NCBI RefSeq assembly: GCF_006345805.1 | Contig: NW_021834693.1 | Location: 1-45,702 of the forward strand | Direction: 5' to 3' | From: Octopus sinensis | Taxonomy: Eukaryota | Length of the DNA: 45,702 nt | Part shown: piece after piece, positions 13,063 through 25,324 of the stretch | How the letters are laid out: each line of letters starts with the position of its first letter | Numbering within the stretch: position 1 is the stretch's first letter | The notes under the pieces: model-generated | Databases searched by the model: none | What the model saw: only the letters and a program-made list of their open reading frames with translations | What the model was told of the DNA's origin: nothing | Position numbers and translations under genes: made by a program

Positions 13063-13802
13063 CTGGAAATAAAAATAAAAAGGAAAATAAATAATAAATA
13101 AAATAATTATTGAGTAGTCACAAGAAGTCCTACCATCCCATTTTTTTGCTTCAATAAATCTGTGGTTGAACATCATCGTCATCATCCTTTCATGTCCATT
13201 TTCCAGACTGGCAAGCCGAAGAACTCTACCAGGTTCCAGTCTGATTTAGCTTGGTTTTTATGGCTGGAAGTGCTTCCTAACACCAACCACTTAACAGTGT
13301 GTGCTGGATGCTTTTTATGTGGCACCAGCATGGGAGCTATTACATGGCTCCTGTGCCGGTGCCATGTAAAAAAAAAACATGTATGTAAGATAATAGATTC
13401 CTTAAATATGCGCAGAGCTCAGTGTAACATAAAGTCTAAGCTGGATTCATAACCTGAACTTGTGGTTACCAACCAGAACCCTTCATACATTTGTCAGTAT
13501 TTTTGTTGCTATTTGGTTTTCTAGCCTTGTAACACAAAACTTTATTCAAGCTTCTGTTTATGCTTCCTCTTTCTTATCTTTTGCTTGTTTCAGTCATTAG
13601 ACTCTGGCCATGCTGGAACACTGTTTTCAAGGATTTAGTCAAACAAATTGATCCCAATACTTAGCTTTTTTTTTCGGGTCTGATATTTATTCTACTAGTT
13701 TCTTTTTGCTGAGCTGCTAGGTTACAGTGATGTAAATGAACTAACACCAGTTGTCAAGTGGTGGATGGGGACAAATACAACACAAATAGATATATATGCA
13801 TA

Positions 13803-13967
13803 GGCGCAGGAGTGGCTGTGTGGTAAGTAGCTTGCTTACCAACCACATAGTTCCGGGTTCAGTCCCACTGCATGGCACCTTGGGCAAGTGTCTTCTGATA
13901 TAGCCCCGGGCCGACCAATGCCTTGTGAGTGGATTTGGTACATGGAAACTGAAAGAAGCCTGTCATA

Positions 13968-14022
<55 letters not shown>

Positions 14023-14232
14023 ATGTGTTTGTGTGTCTGTGTATGACCCCCTAGCATTGCTTGACAACCAATGCTGGTGTGTTTTTGTCCCCGTCACTTA
14101 GCGTTTCGGCAAAAAGAGACCGTTAGAATAAGTACAGGGCTTACAAAGAATAAGTCTCGGGGTCGATTTGCTCGATTAAAGGTGGAGCTCCAGCATGGCC
14201 ACAGTCAAATGACTGAAACAAGTAAAAGAAGA
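13803..14232 (+). mobile_element. SINE family 1, full length
   Basis: ggcgcaggagtggctgtgtgg..(TA)n..gactgaaacaagtaaaaga. Confidence 0.9.
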
Positions 14233-14749
14233 GAAAAAGAAAGAACACACACACACATACACGACATGTTTCTTCCAGTTTCTATCTACCAAAGTCATTT
14301 ACAAGGCCTTGATTGACTGGAGTTATAGAAGACGCTTGCTAAAAGTACCATGCAATGAGAACGAACCCAGAGCCACGTGGTCGAAAAGCAAGCTTCTTAT
14401 CACACAACCAATTGTCTTATGACAATTATATAAACAAGAATAAGTCATTTAGTCAGTTGGTGCCAAGCATTTGAGAGTGCACATTGACTAAGATAACACA
14501 AGTACTGTTACCACTGTCACAACATGGAAAGAACAGTAACCGTATCCTCTTTGGTTTACCCCTAGTCAAGAGACTGCTATGAGCAAAACACTGCTTGCTT
14601 AAAGTTGGCACACACACTTACACCCTAACTGACAGGTCAACCAAAATGTCCTCACATACATGAATACACACTGTAGATTTGTCTACCAGAAATAATTTAT
14701 TTTGTTGTTCATACTGTTAACAATCTTTATGAATTTGAATGAAATTTGC

Positions 14750-14975
14750 TAGCTGGCAGAATCGTTAGCACGCCGGGCGAAATGCGTAGCCGTATTTCGT
14801 CTGCCGTTACGTTCTGAGTTCAAATTCCGCCGAGGTCGACTTTGCCTTTCATCCTTTCGGGGTCGATTAAATAAGTACCAGTTATGCACTGGGGTCGATA
14901 TAAACAACTTAATCTGCTTGTCTGTCCTTGTTTGTCCTCTCTGTGTTTAGCCCCTTGTGGGTAGTAAAGAAATAG
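14750..14975 (+). mobile_element. SINE family 2, well-preserved CpG-rich copy
   Basis: tRNA-like head followed by gtcgactttgcctttcatcctttcggggtcgattaaataagtaccag, resembling the MetaSINE central domain. Confidence 0.8.
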
Positions 14976-15020
14976 AAATAGAATATAATGATTGTTGGTG
15001 TACACTGCTGTAGTTTTTAC

Positions 15021-15319
15021 CTATTGTCATGCCACTTTCACCTGCCAAAGTAAGTTGAATACAATTAAATTGATTACACTGAAGCGTTTCAACATATGTA
15101 CACAAAATATTGATTCCATGGAATTAATTTCCTGTTTCAGAGCTGAATTCTTTTTCCAGTTTGTCTCTGAAACTTTGAACCTGCAAAACTCTCAAAAGAA
15201 AAAGACTCCAAGAGATATCTTAATCTTTTATCTCCTCCATTCAATGTTTTGTATGGCTCAACAAATTAATGCTATTTACTCTTATTACACGGTTCATAAA
15301 CCTACCAGTAAGGAGAGAT
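15021..15319 (-). pseudogene. Candidate upstream exon of the same disrupted gene
   Basis: Protein-like FVEPYKTLNGGDKRLRYLLESFSFESFAGSKFQRQTGKRIQL*NRKLIPWNQYF/TYVETLQCNQFNCIQLTLAGESGMTI; donor ATAG|gtaaaa in phase 1, matching the frame of the 13062 exon. Confidence 0.55.
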
Positions 15320-16183
15320 CTACATTCAAAATATATCACTAAAGTAATGGGCCTTTAAAAAAAACATCTTTATCACTCACCAATGAAAGCATTGATGCAA
15401 AAAACACCAAACAATGTAATAAATAACTTAACTTCTGCTCACAACTGATAAAATTGCAATATCATTTAGATCACTGGAGTATAAAGACAACACTGAAATA
15501 TCACTCTAATTATTTTATCCAAGTTCAAACTCCCTTTTGCAAATTAAATATTTAATAAATAACATCACAGAATTGTAACCCAACACTTTGAGGTCTTAAT
15601 ACCATTAAGCCCCCAAATCAAAGAAAAATCTGGAGAAATTTGTTCAATAAAATACAGAATGTAAACACATGTTAAACAGGAAATTCTTTCTAAAGTGAAG
15701 CTAAACATTGTTTCCTGTGCAAAAGAGTGCTTAGTTACAGTTTTCAATCCTAAACGACGGCATTGCTTGAATTGTGGCTTTGTGCAGTTCAGGATTTTGT
15801 GACAGTTGCAGATATTTGCAGGGTAGGATTTCAAGGGTTAAGAAACTAAAATACTTTTATGCATCAGACAGCAGCCTTGTCTCCAATATCCTTATTCTGA
15901 TTGTCAATCAGACTTTGCTTATTTGCCAACCATCTTACAACAGTGCACTGGGTGCCTTTTACTATGATGCCAGCATTAATGAGGTTGCTTTGACCCTAAA
16001 AGCCGATAAAGTTTACGTGAACTTATGGTGTCTCCAGTACCCTAAGGCAACCGCTTCCCCCTGATAAGATGAATAGCAGAGAGATAGAAAGTGAGAGAGA
16101 GAGAACCAGGCTGAGTGCGTGAAGGGAGTTTGAAGGGTGAAACAAAGTACAAGAGCATAATGGAAAACACACCTGAACACATA

Positions 16184-16227
<44 letters not shown>

Positions 16228-17252
16228 TAATTGAAAGAAGGGAGTAGTGACAGTGAAAGAGAATTACAGGCAAGAACATTATTTTGGATAAAAAAAACCT
16301 CTACATACACACAGAAAAAAAAAGGTTTCTATTGAGAAAGATATAAAATGACATGGAAGGAAGAGGATAAATGTGCATTGTGTGAGATAAAGGGTGAGAG
16401 TGAATGAGAGAGAGAGAGAGAGAGAGTATTACACGAACTCAAACTCAGTATATGCATCTTTATATCTTTATATTTTGTCTTCAAAGAAAACACTTCTACT
16501 CTCTTCTCTTTCTCTTTAGAAGCATAGCAGCCTAAATTCCTTCAAGTCACACTCTACAATCACAAGAGAAGAAAGGGACACATTGGATAATGTAGTCTTA
16601 AATACAATATGTCTGGGGAATAAAAAAAAAAGAGAAAGAAAGAAAGCAAAATGCTGGGATGATCCCAGCTGGAATGCCTTTCTCATGAGTCTGCTAGATT
16701 TCATGGTTTGACTGGGGCTAAACAACTAGAACACACTGCACTTTCCTCCATGTCCTATGATGTGGAAGAGGATGAGCAAAACAGTGAGAATATGTTTCTT
16801 GTTATAGTTGTTGTCTTTGATTTGTCTATTCTATTCAATTGTTCTTTCCATACATTTCATCTCTGCCTCACATCTTCTACTCGGTCTTCTCAACAAACCC
16901 AACATATCAATTGTCTGTCTTTTACATTTTCTTTTTCTTTCTAACTAGCTGTGGCCATGCTGGATTTGTTTGTCATGGTCGTCATGATTTGTCATCATCA
17001 TCATCACCAAAACCACCACCTATCCTTCATTTTCATGTTCACTTTTCCACAGACAAAATTCCTTGAGGCAAATTTTCTACAGCCTTCCTGTCATCCACCC
17101 TCACTTCTTTCCGAGTAAGCTAACATTCCCCCATGGCTGGACATTTTTTCACAGAAGAATGGGAATGAAAGAGACTGCTTGTACAAGGTAATGCCTGCTT
17201 ACAACTATTAGGCGATGTCAAGACAACAAGTACACACACAATATATACATAT

Positions 17253-17610
17253 TCTTTTATTTGTCTCAGCCGTTTGACTGTGGCCATGCTGGAGCACCAT
17301 CTTTAATTGAACAAATCGACTTCAAGACTTATTCTTTGTAAGCCTAGTATTTATTCTATCAGTCTCTTTTGCTGAACTGATACGGGGACATAAACACACC
17401 AACATTGGTTGTCAAACGATGGGGGGGACAAACACAGACACACAAACATATATACAAACACACACACATATATGACAGGCTTCTTTGCCTGTCACAAGGC
17501 TTTGGTCAGTCCGAGGCTATAGCAGAAGACATTTGTCCAAGGTGCCATGCAGTGGGACTGAACCCGGAACCATGTGTTTGGTAAGCAAGCTACTTACCAC
17601 ACAGCCACTC
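17253..17610 (-). mobile_element. SINE family 1 copy (a further 5' half follows at ~17665-17790)
   Basis: Homology to 4137-4552. Confidence 0.85.
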
Positions 17611-17614
17611 TTGC

Positions 17615-17660
<46 letters not shown>

Positions 17661-17803
17661 TGTGATGGGCTTTTAAAGTTTCCATCTACTGAATCCATTC
17701 ATAAGGGTTTGGTCAGCCTAAGAGTACAGAGTAAAAGACACTTGTCCAAAGTGCCATGCAGTGAAACTGAACCTGAAACCTTGTGATTGGGAAACATGTT
17801 TAA

Positions 17804-18352
17804 TCATCATCATCATCATCACCGTTTAACGTCCGCTTTCCATGCTAGCATGGGTTGGACGGTTCAACTAGGGTCTGGGCAGCCCAAAGGCTGCACCAGG
17901 CCAGTCAGATCTGGCAGTGTTTCTACAGCTGGATGCCTTTCCTAATGCCAACCACTCCGTGAGTGTGGTGGGTGCTTTTTACATGCCACCGACACAGATG
18001 CCAGATGAAGCTGGCGAACGGCCATGCTCGGGTGGTGCTTTTTACGTGCCACCGGCACGGGGGCCAAGTGAGGCTGGCAACGGCCACGATCGGCTGGTGT
18101 TTGTTACGTGCCACCGGCACGGAGGCCAGTCGATACAGCGCTGGCTATGGCCACGTTCGGATGGTTCTCTTACGTGCCACCGGCACTGGTATCACAACTA
18201 CAAATTCCATTGATGTTGATCGATTTTGATTTTCACTAGCCTCAACAGGTCTTCACAAGTAGAGTTATGTGTCCCAAGAAGGAAGGTATGCACAGGTGGA
18301 CTGACTACGTCCCAGTTAGAGGCCACGGGTTGTGGCCTCACTTGTCCTGCCA
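17804..18352 (-). mobile_element. Solo RTE 3' UTR with (CAT)n tail
   Basis: Colinear with 8570-9110, with one additional internal repeat unit. Confidence 0.88.
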
Positions 18353-18780
18353 GATAAATAAAATAAAAAATTGCAATTCTACTGAAGCTGAATATCTGTA
18401 TGTTACCAGGTGACTGTATAACCAATTAAAGCATATTACGGAGTAGCTATTCGAAATTAAGACATAGACGTGAGGTGGCATGAATTTAAAAGGTGCTGGG
18501 CTACTGACCATATTAATTAGAATTACTAATTATATTATTTGAGAACCAATACAGCACAAATTATGGAGAAATAAATGTATGAAGTAATTTCTGTATGTAT
18601 TTAATGTTGCTATGAAATAAGGCCTCATGTGAACATTTTTGGCAGTTTGGATGAAAACTGAACTGGCTGCTCTCTGTTAATTACTGGCCTTCCATTCTCA
18701 AGATGTCCAGCGTAAGAAATGGGAGACCATTAAAATATTAACATATTTCTGTGAAGGAATAAGTCATTTAAATAATGATT

Positions 18781-19072
18781 GTGGCCCGTTGCCAGCCTCG
18801 CCTGGCCCCCGTGCCGGTGGCACGTAAAAAGCACCATCCAATCGTGGCCGCTCGCCAGCCTCGTCTGCACCTGTGCCGGTGGCACGTAAAAAGCACCCAC
18901 TACACTCACGGAGTGGTTGGCGTTAGGAAGGGCATCAAGCTGTAGAAACACTGCCAGATCAGACTGGGCCTGGTGCAGCCTTCTGGCTTCCCAGACCCCA
19001 GTTGAACCCTCCAACCCATGCCAGCATGGAAAGCGGACACTAAACGAAGATGATGATGATGATGATGATGAT
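18781..19072 (+). mobile_element. Solo RTE 3' end with (GAT)n tail
   Basis: Reverse complement of 8570-8850. Confidence 0.88.
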
Positions 19073-19262
19073 GTACAAGGTTGATGGCTTGACAACAATT
19101 ACTAGGATTTTGTCTTCCATCCTTTCATGATTGATAAAGTAAGTACCAGTTATGTACTGGGGTTGATGTAATTGACTTATCCTTTCCCTTGAAATTACTA
19201 GTTTTGTGCCAAAATTTGAAATCAATAATTACTATGATATTGTTAGTGTACATTTATGAATA

Positions 19263-19427
19263 GGCATAGGAGTGGCTGTGTGGTAAGTAGCTTGCTTACC
19301 AACCACATGGTTCCGGGTTCAGTCCCTCTGCGTGGCACCTTGGGTAAGTGTCTTCTACTATAGCCTCGGGCCGACTAAAGCCTTGTGAGTGGATTTGGTA
19401 GACGGAAACCGAAAGAAGCCTGCCGTA

Positions 19428-19482
<55 letters not shown>

Positions 19483-19695
19483 GTATATGCGTGTTTGTGT
19501 GTTTGTGCTTGTCCCCCCAACATTGCTTGACAACCGATGCTGGTGTGTCCCCGTAACTTAGCGGTTCGGCAAAAAAAGAGACCAATAAAATAAGTACTAG
19601 GCTTACAAAGAATAAGCCCTGGGGTCGATTCGATCGATTAAAGGTGGTGCTCCAGCATGGCCACAGTCACATGACTGAAACAAGTAAAAGAGTAA
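19263..19695 (+). mobile_element. SINE family 1, full length
   Basis: Homology to 13803-14232. Confidence 0.9.
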
Positions 19696-20631
19696 ATTAG
19701 TTGGCACTAATGAAAAGCATCCAACTGTAAGAAACGAGACCAAAGCAGACACTGGATCATGATGCAGTCCTTGGACCGTATGGATCATTGTCAAACCATC
19801 CATCTCATGCCAGCATGGAACATGGATATTAAATGATGATGATGATGACAATGATATATAAATATTTATATCTGGATTCATCAAATTAAGTAACCAGTAC
19901 ACTCTGTTGGCATCAGGAAGGGCATCCAAACAAAAAAGCGTCTCAAAGCAGATAGTGAAACATGATGCGATGCTCAGACCCTTTGGATTTGTCAACCCAT
20001 CAAACCCATGCCAGCAAGGAAGGATATTAAAAGATGAAGATTATGAGCTAATATCCACACATATTTACTGGGCAATTTTTTTCACAGTTAGGGAGAATTA
20101 AAATTACAAGTTTCATTGTTAATTACAAATTCAAGGGCCTAATTTAACAGCCTCAATGCAGTCATTCAATCTGATAGAAACAGAAGTTAAGTCTCATTTA
20201 CAGTACACTCTACCAACAAAGGAAGTATATATTGAATAATGCAGTCCTTGATGCTCCTAACAGAAACAGATGGTCATGGATGGAATGTCTTTGATTGTGA
20301 GGCCTGCTTGATCAGAACAGAACCAGGGCTAAACAACCACAACATGAATGTCTAACCCCCAAAATGAGAGATGTGATTTATTGCTAACCCATAATAGGTT
20401 TTGTATGTTACCTTTCACTTTGCGTTAGTACAACAGATGTTTCCAAAATCAATAATCTTGTTTAATTTCTAACCCGGCCCAAGTATTCTGTTTTATGTTA
20501 AAATCGACCAGATCTGACCTCTCACACCTACCCTATAATGTCTTTCTAAAAATATACAAACACCCCGTTGAAATCTTGAAGCTACAATGTGTGATTAATA
20601 CAAAACAACATGAATAAATTCACATAGTTGC

Positions 20632-21061
20632 AGGCATGGCTGTGTGGTAAGAAGCTGGCTTCCTAATCACAGGGTTCCGAGTTCAGTTTCACTGCATGGC
20701 ACTTTGGGCACAAATATCTTCTACTATAGTCTCGGGTCAGCCAAAGCCTTGTGAGTAGATTTGGTATATGGAAACTGAAAGAAGCCCATCATATATATAT
20801 ATATATATATAAAGTGAGATAGGGGTTATGAGTGTAACCCACGATGGGATATCAGTTATCCAATATACTGCTGGTGAAGTACAGCTGTAAGATCCATTTT
20901 ATGTGTAATTTTTTATGGTTTTATCTTCTATTATGATGTAAATTGTTTTATTCTGTTGGATTTGGATGTTCCTATTGAAGTAGTTAATAAATAATATGAA
21001 TTGGTAATATCTGTAAGTCGGTGATTGAAGGGAATCTGTTCCTCCATTTTCTTATTTGTAT

Positions 21062-21092
<31 letters not shown>

Positions 21093-21315
21093 ATATCTAT
21101 GTGTGTAAGTCATTGTGTTTGTCCCCCACCAGTGCTTAACAACCAGTTGGTATGTTTACATCCCCATAACTTAGCGGTTTGACAAAAGAGGCTACTAGAA
21201 TAAGTAGTAGGCTTTAAAAAATAAGTCCTCAGCTCAATATGTTTTACAAAAAAAACCCTTCAAGATGGGGTCCCTGCATGGCCACAGTCCATTGACTGAA
21301 ACAAGTAAAAGAAAA
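20632..21315 (+). mobile_element. SINE family 1 with a ~250-bp foreign insert in its (TA)n tract
   Basis: 5' half ends at ~20790 and 3' half resumes at ~21070; insert at 20811-21060. Confidence 0.75.
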
Positions 21316-21402
21316 ACGGTAACTGATACATAAGCAATACAACTGACAAAGGAATCTGAATTCTAAGGGGTTTTATATATATATATATATCTAATACCTT
21401 TG

Positions 21403-21725
21403 TGCTGGCTCAGTGGTTACAGCGTCGAGTTTACGATCGCAAGATTGTGAGTCTGAATCCCAGACCGGGCTGCGTGATGTGTTCTTGAGCAAGACACTTT
21501 ATTTCACGTTGCTCCAATCCACTCAGTTGTAGAAATGAGTTGCGACATCACAGGTGCCAAGCTGTATCAGCCTTTGCCTTTCTCTTGGATAACACTGGTG
21601 ACGTGGAGAGGGGAGGTTGGTATGCATGGGTGACTGCTGGTCTTCCATAAACAACCTTGCCCGGACCTGTGCCTGGGAGGGTAACTTTCTAGGTGTAATC
21701 CCATGGTTAATTATAACTGAAGGGG
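21403..21725 (+). mobile_element. tRNA-derived SINE family 3 (CORE-like)
   Basis: tggctcagtggtt A box, degenerate B box, gtgttcttgagcaagacactt..ccactcagttgtagaaatgagt. Confidence 0.7.
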
Positions 21726-21819
21726 GTTCTCAGCAGTGCTGGTGCTGCTACAATAACACATTAAGGCTCATTTTTCATAAGGAGATTGTTTTCTACACAT
21801 ACAGGCTTGTTCTTTCAGG

Positions 21820-22140
21820 TGCTGGTGCCACATAAAAAGCACCCAGCACACTCTGTTAAGTGGTTAGCATTAGGAAGGGCATCCAGCTGTAGAAACCATG
21901 CCACAACAAGCAGTTGGAGTCTGGCCAGTTCCATGCCAAACCATGCAACTCGTGCCAACATGAAAAGCAGACGTTAAATGATGATGATTGTATGTGAAAT
22001 GGTGAAATTGTCCGTGTTCCATGCTGGCATAGGTTGGACGGTTTGACTGAGGGCTGGGAAGCCAGAAGGCTGCACCAGGCTCCAATCTGATCTGGCGAAG
22101 TTTCTACCGCTGGATGCCCTTCCTAATGCCAACCGTTCCG
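21820..22140. mobile_element. Two tail-to-tail RTE 3' end fragments
   Basis: + copy ends acgttaaatgatgatg at ~21988; - copy starts gtccgtgttccatgctggc at ~22009. Confidence 0.7.
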
Positions 22141-22382
22141 AAAATTACTCATAAATTATAATTATAAATTAGGGAAGACATTGACAATATACAATCATAA
22201 TTAACTTAAATAATCTTTTCGTTTTACTGTTGCCAATAGCCGTGGCTGTGTGGTAAGAAGCGTGCTTACTAGCCATATTATTCCGCTTCAGTCTCACTGC
22301 GTAGCACCTTCAGTTAACGTCTTTTGCTATAGCCTCGAGCCGACCAAACCTGTGGTAGACAGTAACTGAAAGGAGCACATCG

Positions 22383-22995
22383 GGATCTTTTCCTTTTGAA
22401 CGGCAGTTTTCAACACAATTTCTAGTTAACTAAACACTTTTAAACTTCGTATACTGGTAGAATGTGTCAAAATAAAACATTTTTTCTCTTGGCTTTCTTG
22501 AGAAAATTGTAATTTGTAAGTTTAACGTAGTTTAATTTTTCGAATTTTAACCAATCCTATGGCCTCTATTTCGCTAAAATCATTTGCTGCGTCTAAAACA
22601 GGCAACATCCTGTCACTAACTCTAATCCTCACCCTAACCCTAAATTTTAGCCTTTCGTTTTTTTTCTTCTTAATTGTTAAGTTAATTTAAGGATAACAAT
22701 TAAGAAAAAAAAACGAAAGGCTAAAATTTAGGGTTAGGGCGAGGGTTAGAGTTAGGGTTAGTGACAGGATGTTGTCTCAGTTTTAGACGCAGCTAATGAT
22801 TTTAGCTCAATAGAGGCCATAGGATTGGTTAAAATACGAAAAATTAAACTATGTTAAACTTATAAATTACAATTTACTCAAGAAAGCCGATAGAAAAAAT
22901 GTTTTATTTTGACACATTCTACCAGTATACGAAGTTTAAAAGTGTTTAGTTAACTAGAAATTGTGTTGAAAACTGCCGTTCAAAAGGAAAAATCC
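22383..22995. mobile_element. Foldback element/MITE with ~300-bp inverted arms carrying telomere-like repeats
   Basis: Arms 22383-22679 and 22694-22995 are near-perfect reverse complements; ccctaaccctaa on the left, ttagggttaggg on the right. Confidence 0.92.
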
Positions 22996-23020
22996 ATATA
23001 TATATATATATATATATATA

Positions 23021-23290
23021 AAACAATTGCAGCGTGGAAGGTGTTTGTAAGCCATTTAAGAAACACACAAAAGCCGTTCAATTCACTTCAACATTTAAGT
23101 TTAATTTGTCAAAACATTTTCGTCGCTTTAAGACCGCAACCTGTTCACTGACAAAAATGTTGAAGTGAATCGAACGGCTTTTGTGTGTTTCTTAAATGGC
23201 TTACAAACACCTTCCACGCTGCTATTGTTTTCGTTCCAGCACACGATCTCAGATCAAATCACTTGCTATGCAAGTACATCTCCGTAATAT
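23021..23290. mobile_element. Penelope-like pseudo-LTR fragments in inverted arrangement
   Basis: Arms 23021-23096 and 23155-23230 are reverse complements; flanked by (TA)n; homologous to 36868-37195; contains the hammerhead fold. Confidence 0.6.
23105..23155 (-). ncRNA. Candidate minimal type-I hammerhead ribozyme (variant core)
   Basis: tttgtca GTGAACA g gttgc ggtcttaaa gcgac GAAA atgt T T tgacaaa: 7-bp stem I, 5-bp stem II, minimal stem III. Confidence 0.62.
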
Positions 23291-23399
23291 ATTTATGTAT
23301 ATACATCTCCGTAATATATATGATTTTGATTTTGATTTTTCCAGTTTCAGCTAATGAGCTGTGGCCATGCTGGGGCACCGATTATATATTTTTATTTAT

Positions 23400-23765
23400 T
23401 TTTTTACTTGTTTCAGTCATTTGACTGCGGCCATGCTGGAGCACCGCCTTTAGTCGACCAAATCGACCCCGGGATTATTCTTGTAAGCCAGTACTTATTC
23501 TATCGGTCTCTTTTTGCCGAACCGCTAAGTGACGGGGACGTAAACACACCAGCATCGGTTGTCAAGCATGCTAGGGGGACAAACACAGACACATACATAT
23601 ATATACATATATACGAAGGCTTCTTTCAGTTCCGTCTACCAAATCCACACAAGGCATTGGTCGGCCCGGGGCTATAGTAGAAGACACTTGCCCAAGATGC
23701 CACGCAGTGGGATGAACCCGGAACCATGTGGTTGGTTAGCAAGCTACTTACCACACAGCCACTTC
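23400..23765 (-). mobile_element. SINE family 1 copy
   Basis: Homology to 4137-4552. Confidence 0.9.
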
Positions 23766-23929
23766 TGGCTTAAATATATATATATATATTAAAGCGGTGC
23801 TCTAGCATGGCCGCAGTCAAATGACTGAAAGAAAAGAATAAAAAGAAATATTTCTGATCACCAAACTTATGTTTACATACTGCATACATACACTACATAC
23901 ACACACAACACACATACATACATGCACAC

Positions 23930-23960
<31 letters not shown>

Positions 23961-25324
23961 TACATATCTCTACACGTGTGCATCACTTGCTCTATTTAGA
24001 TTTTGCTTGTGTTGTTTTATTGTTTTCTGTTTTTCTTGGTACCAATCGAAGTGGAGGGGTGAGGGGGAGAGAGAGAGAGTGAGAGTGAGGGGGAGGGCAG
24101 AAAAGGAGTAAAAGAAGAAGTAGAGAGAGAGGGAGGGCGGGGAGAGGGAAGTATTATTAGTCTCTCCGCCAAATACTATAAAATTTGAATATCTTCATAT
24201 CCACTCTCAACCGAAGACGTCGTTATACATTCATCTGCCGAGACGAAGAGAAGTCAACTCGAACGAGAATGCTTCTCGGTGGTCGCTCTGTTTGCTAGAA
24301 ATAGCAACCCACTCATGCTGGTTCAATCCTGACTGAAACCTATGTAAAGTTCACACGAGTCAATGCAGGAGCCACTAAGCGGTCGCTTAACCTATGGCTA
24401 GTCGAATCTCATTGAAATCCCACCCTACCAGTCTTTAAAACAAAAAAACATTAAAGCCTGATTGTTATAATTGGAAAATCAGTATTTTCCTATTATCAAC
24501 AGCCATTTTTTTTTTAAATTAAAGGATTATTAAATAAGCTGTTACACACACTCTTGGCTGGATGTAATAATCGATCGGTGGACTTTCAAAATAGCTATCT
24601 CTGCCTCATGGATAAAGAAAAGAGGAAGGAATTGTGATTGTTTCCTTTTCTGAAAGAATTTTTTGTTCGCAATATTTGAATTTTAAAAAATATATTTGGC
24701 CTCTCCATTCCATGCCTTTCCCACAATAAATTCCAACTGATTCTCCTCTCCAGGAATAATTAGTTGGAAAGTCTGCCGATCAACTATTACAGCCGTCTCT
24801 CGAGTGTAATAGTTTAGAATTCGGAGCGTATCTTCACAAATATCCCCCCCACCACAACTTTGTCTCATAACTTTCAGAAAAATAGAGATTTTCTGATGAA
24901 ATTTTCTACAAATTCCTTTGACCTGGTGTAAATTCTGATTACATCAGAATTTTTGATGAAAAAATTGGGGGAGATTCGGATAATTCACGCGAATCGACTT
25001 TGTTTCCTCATAGTTTTCAGAAAAATGGGTCATTTTTAATTTCCTACAAATACCTTTCAGATGGTATCGCAATTTAATGTGTAAAACAAAAAACAAAAGA
25101 AAACACCGGTGTGTGTGTGTGTGTGTGTGTGCCACCATTTAAAAAAATAATAAATCCCGATATTATCGAAATCTACGGCAGCTGATTTGGAGCTAAACAA
25201 TAATGATAAATAACACTAAACATTTTGAAATTTTCCTACATTTCGGTGGCCCTTGTTGGCACAAGTAAACTCCTATAAAAGTGGGGTCCCTCGTACCCAA
25301 ATTATTGTTTATTATTTGTAAAGA

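Noticed and set aside
13803-13875. tRNA gene
   Set aside because: A/B boxes are the head of a multicopy SINE; no complete cloverleaf.
15140-15310. Stops rescued by A-to-I editing or readthrough
   Set aside because: Frameshifts co-occur and cannot be repaired by editing; no supporting evidence in the sequence.
15741-15822. Plus-strand exon bounded by ag/gt
   Set aside because: All three frames contain stops; no supporting neighbouring exons.
22728-22760. True telomere or fusion scar
   Set aside because: Only a few degenerate hexamers, symmetric inside a foldback element and oriented opposite to an end-to-end fusion.
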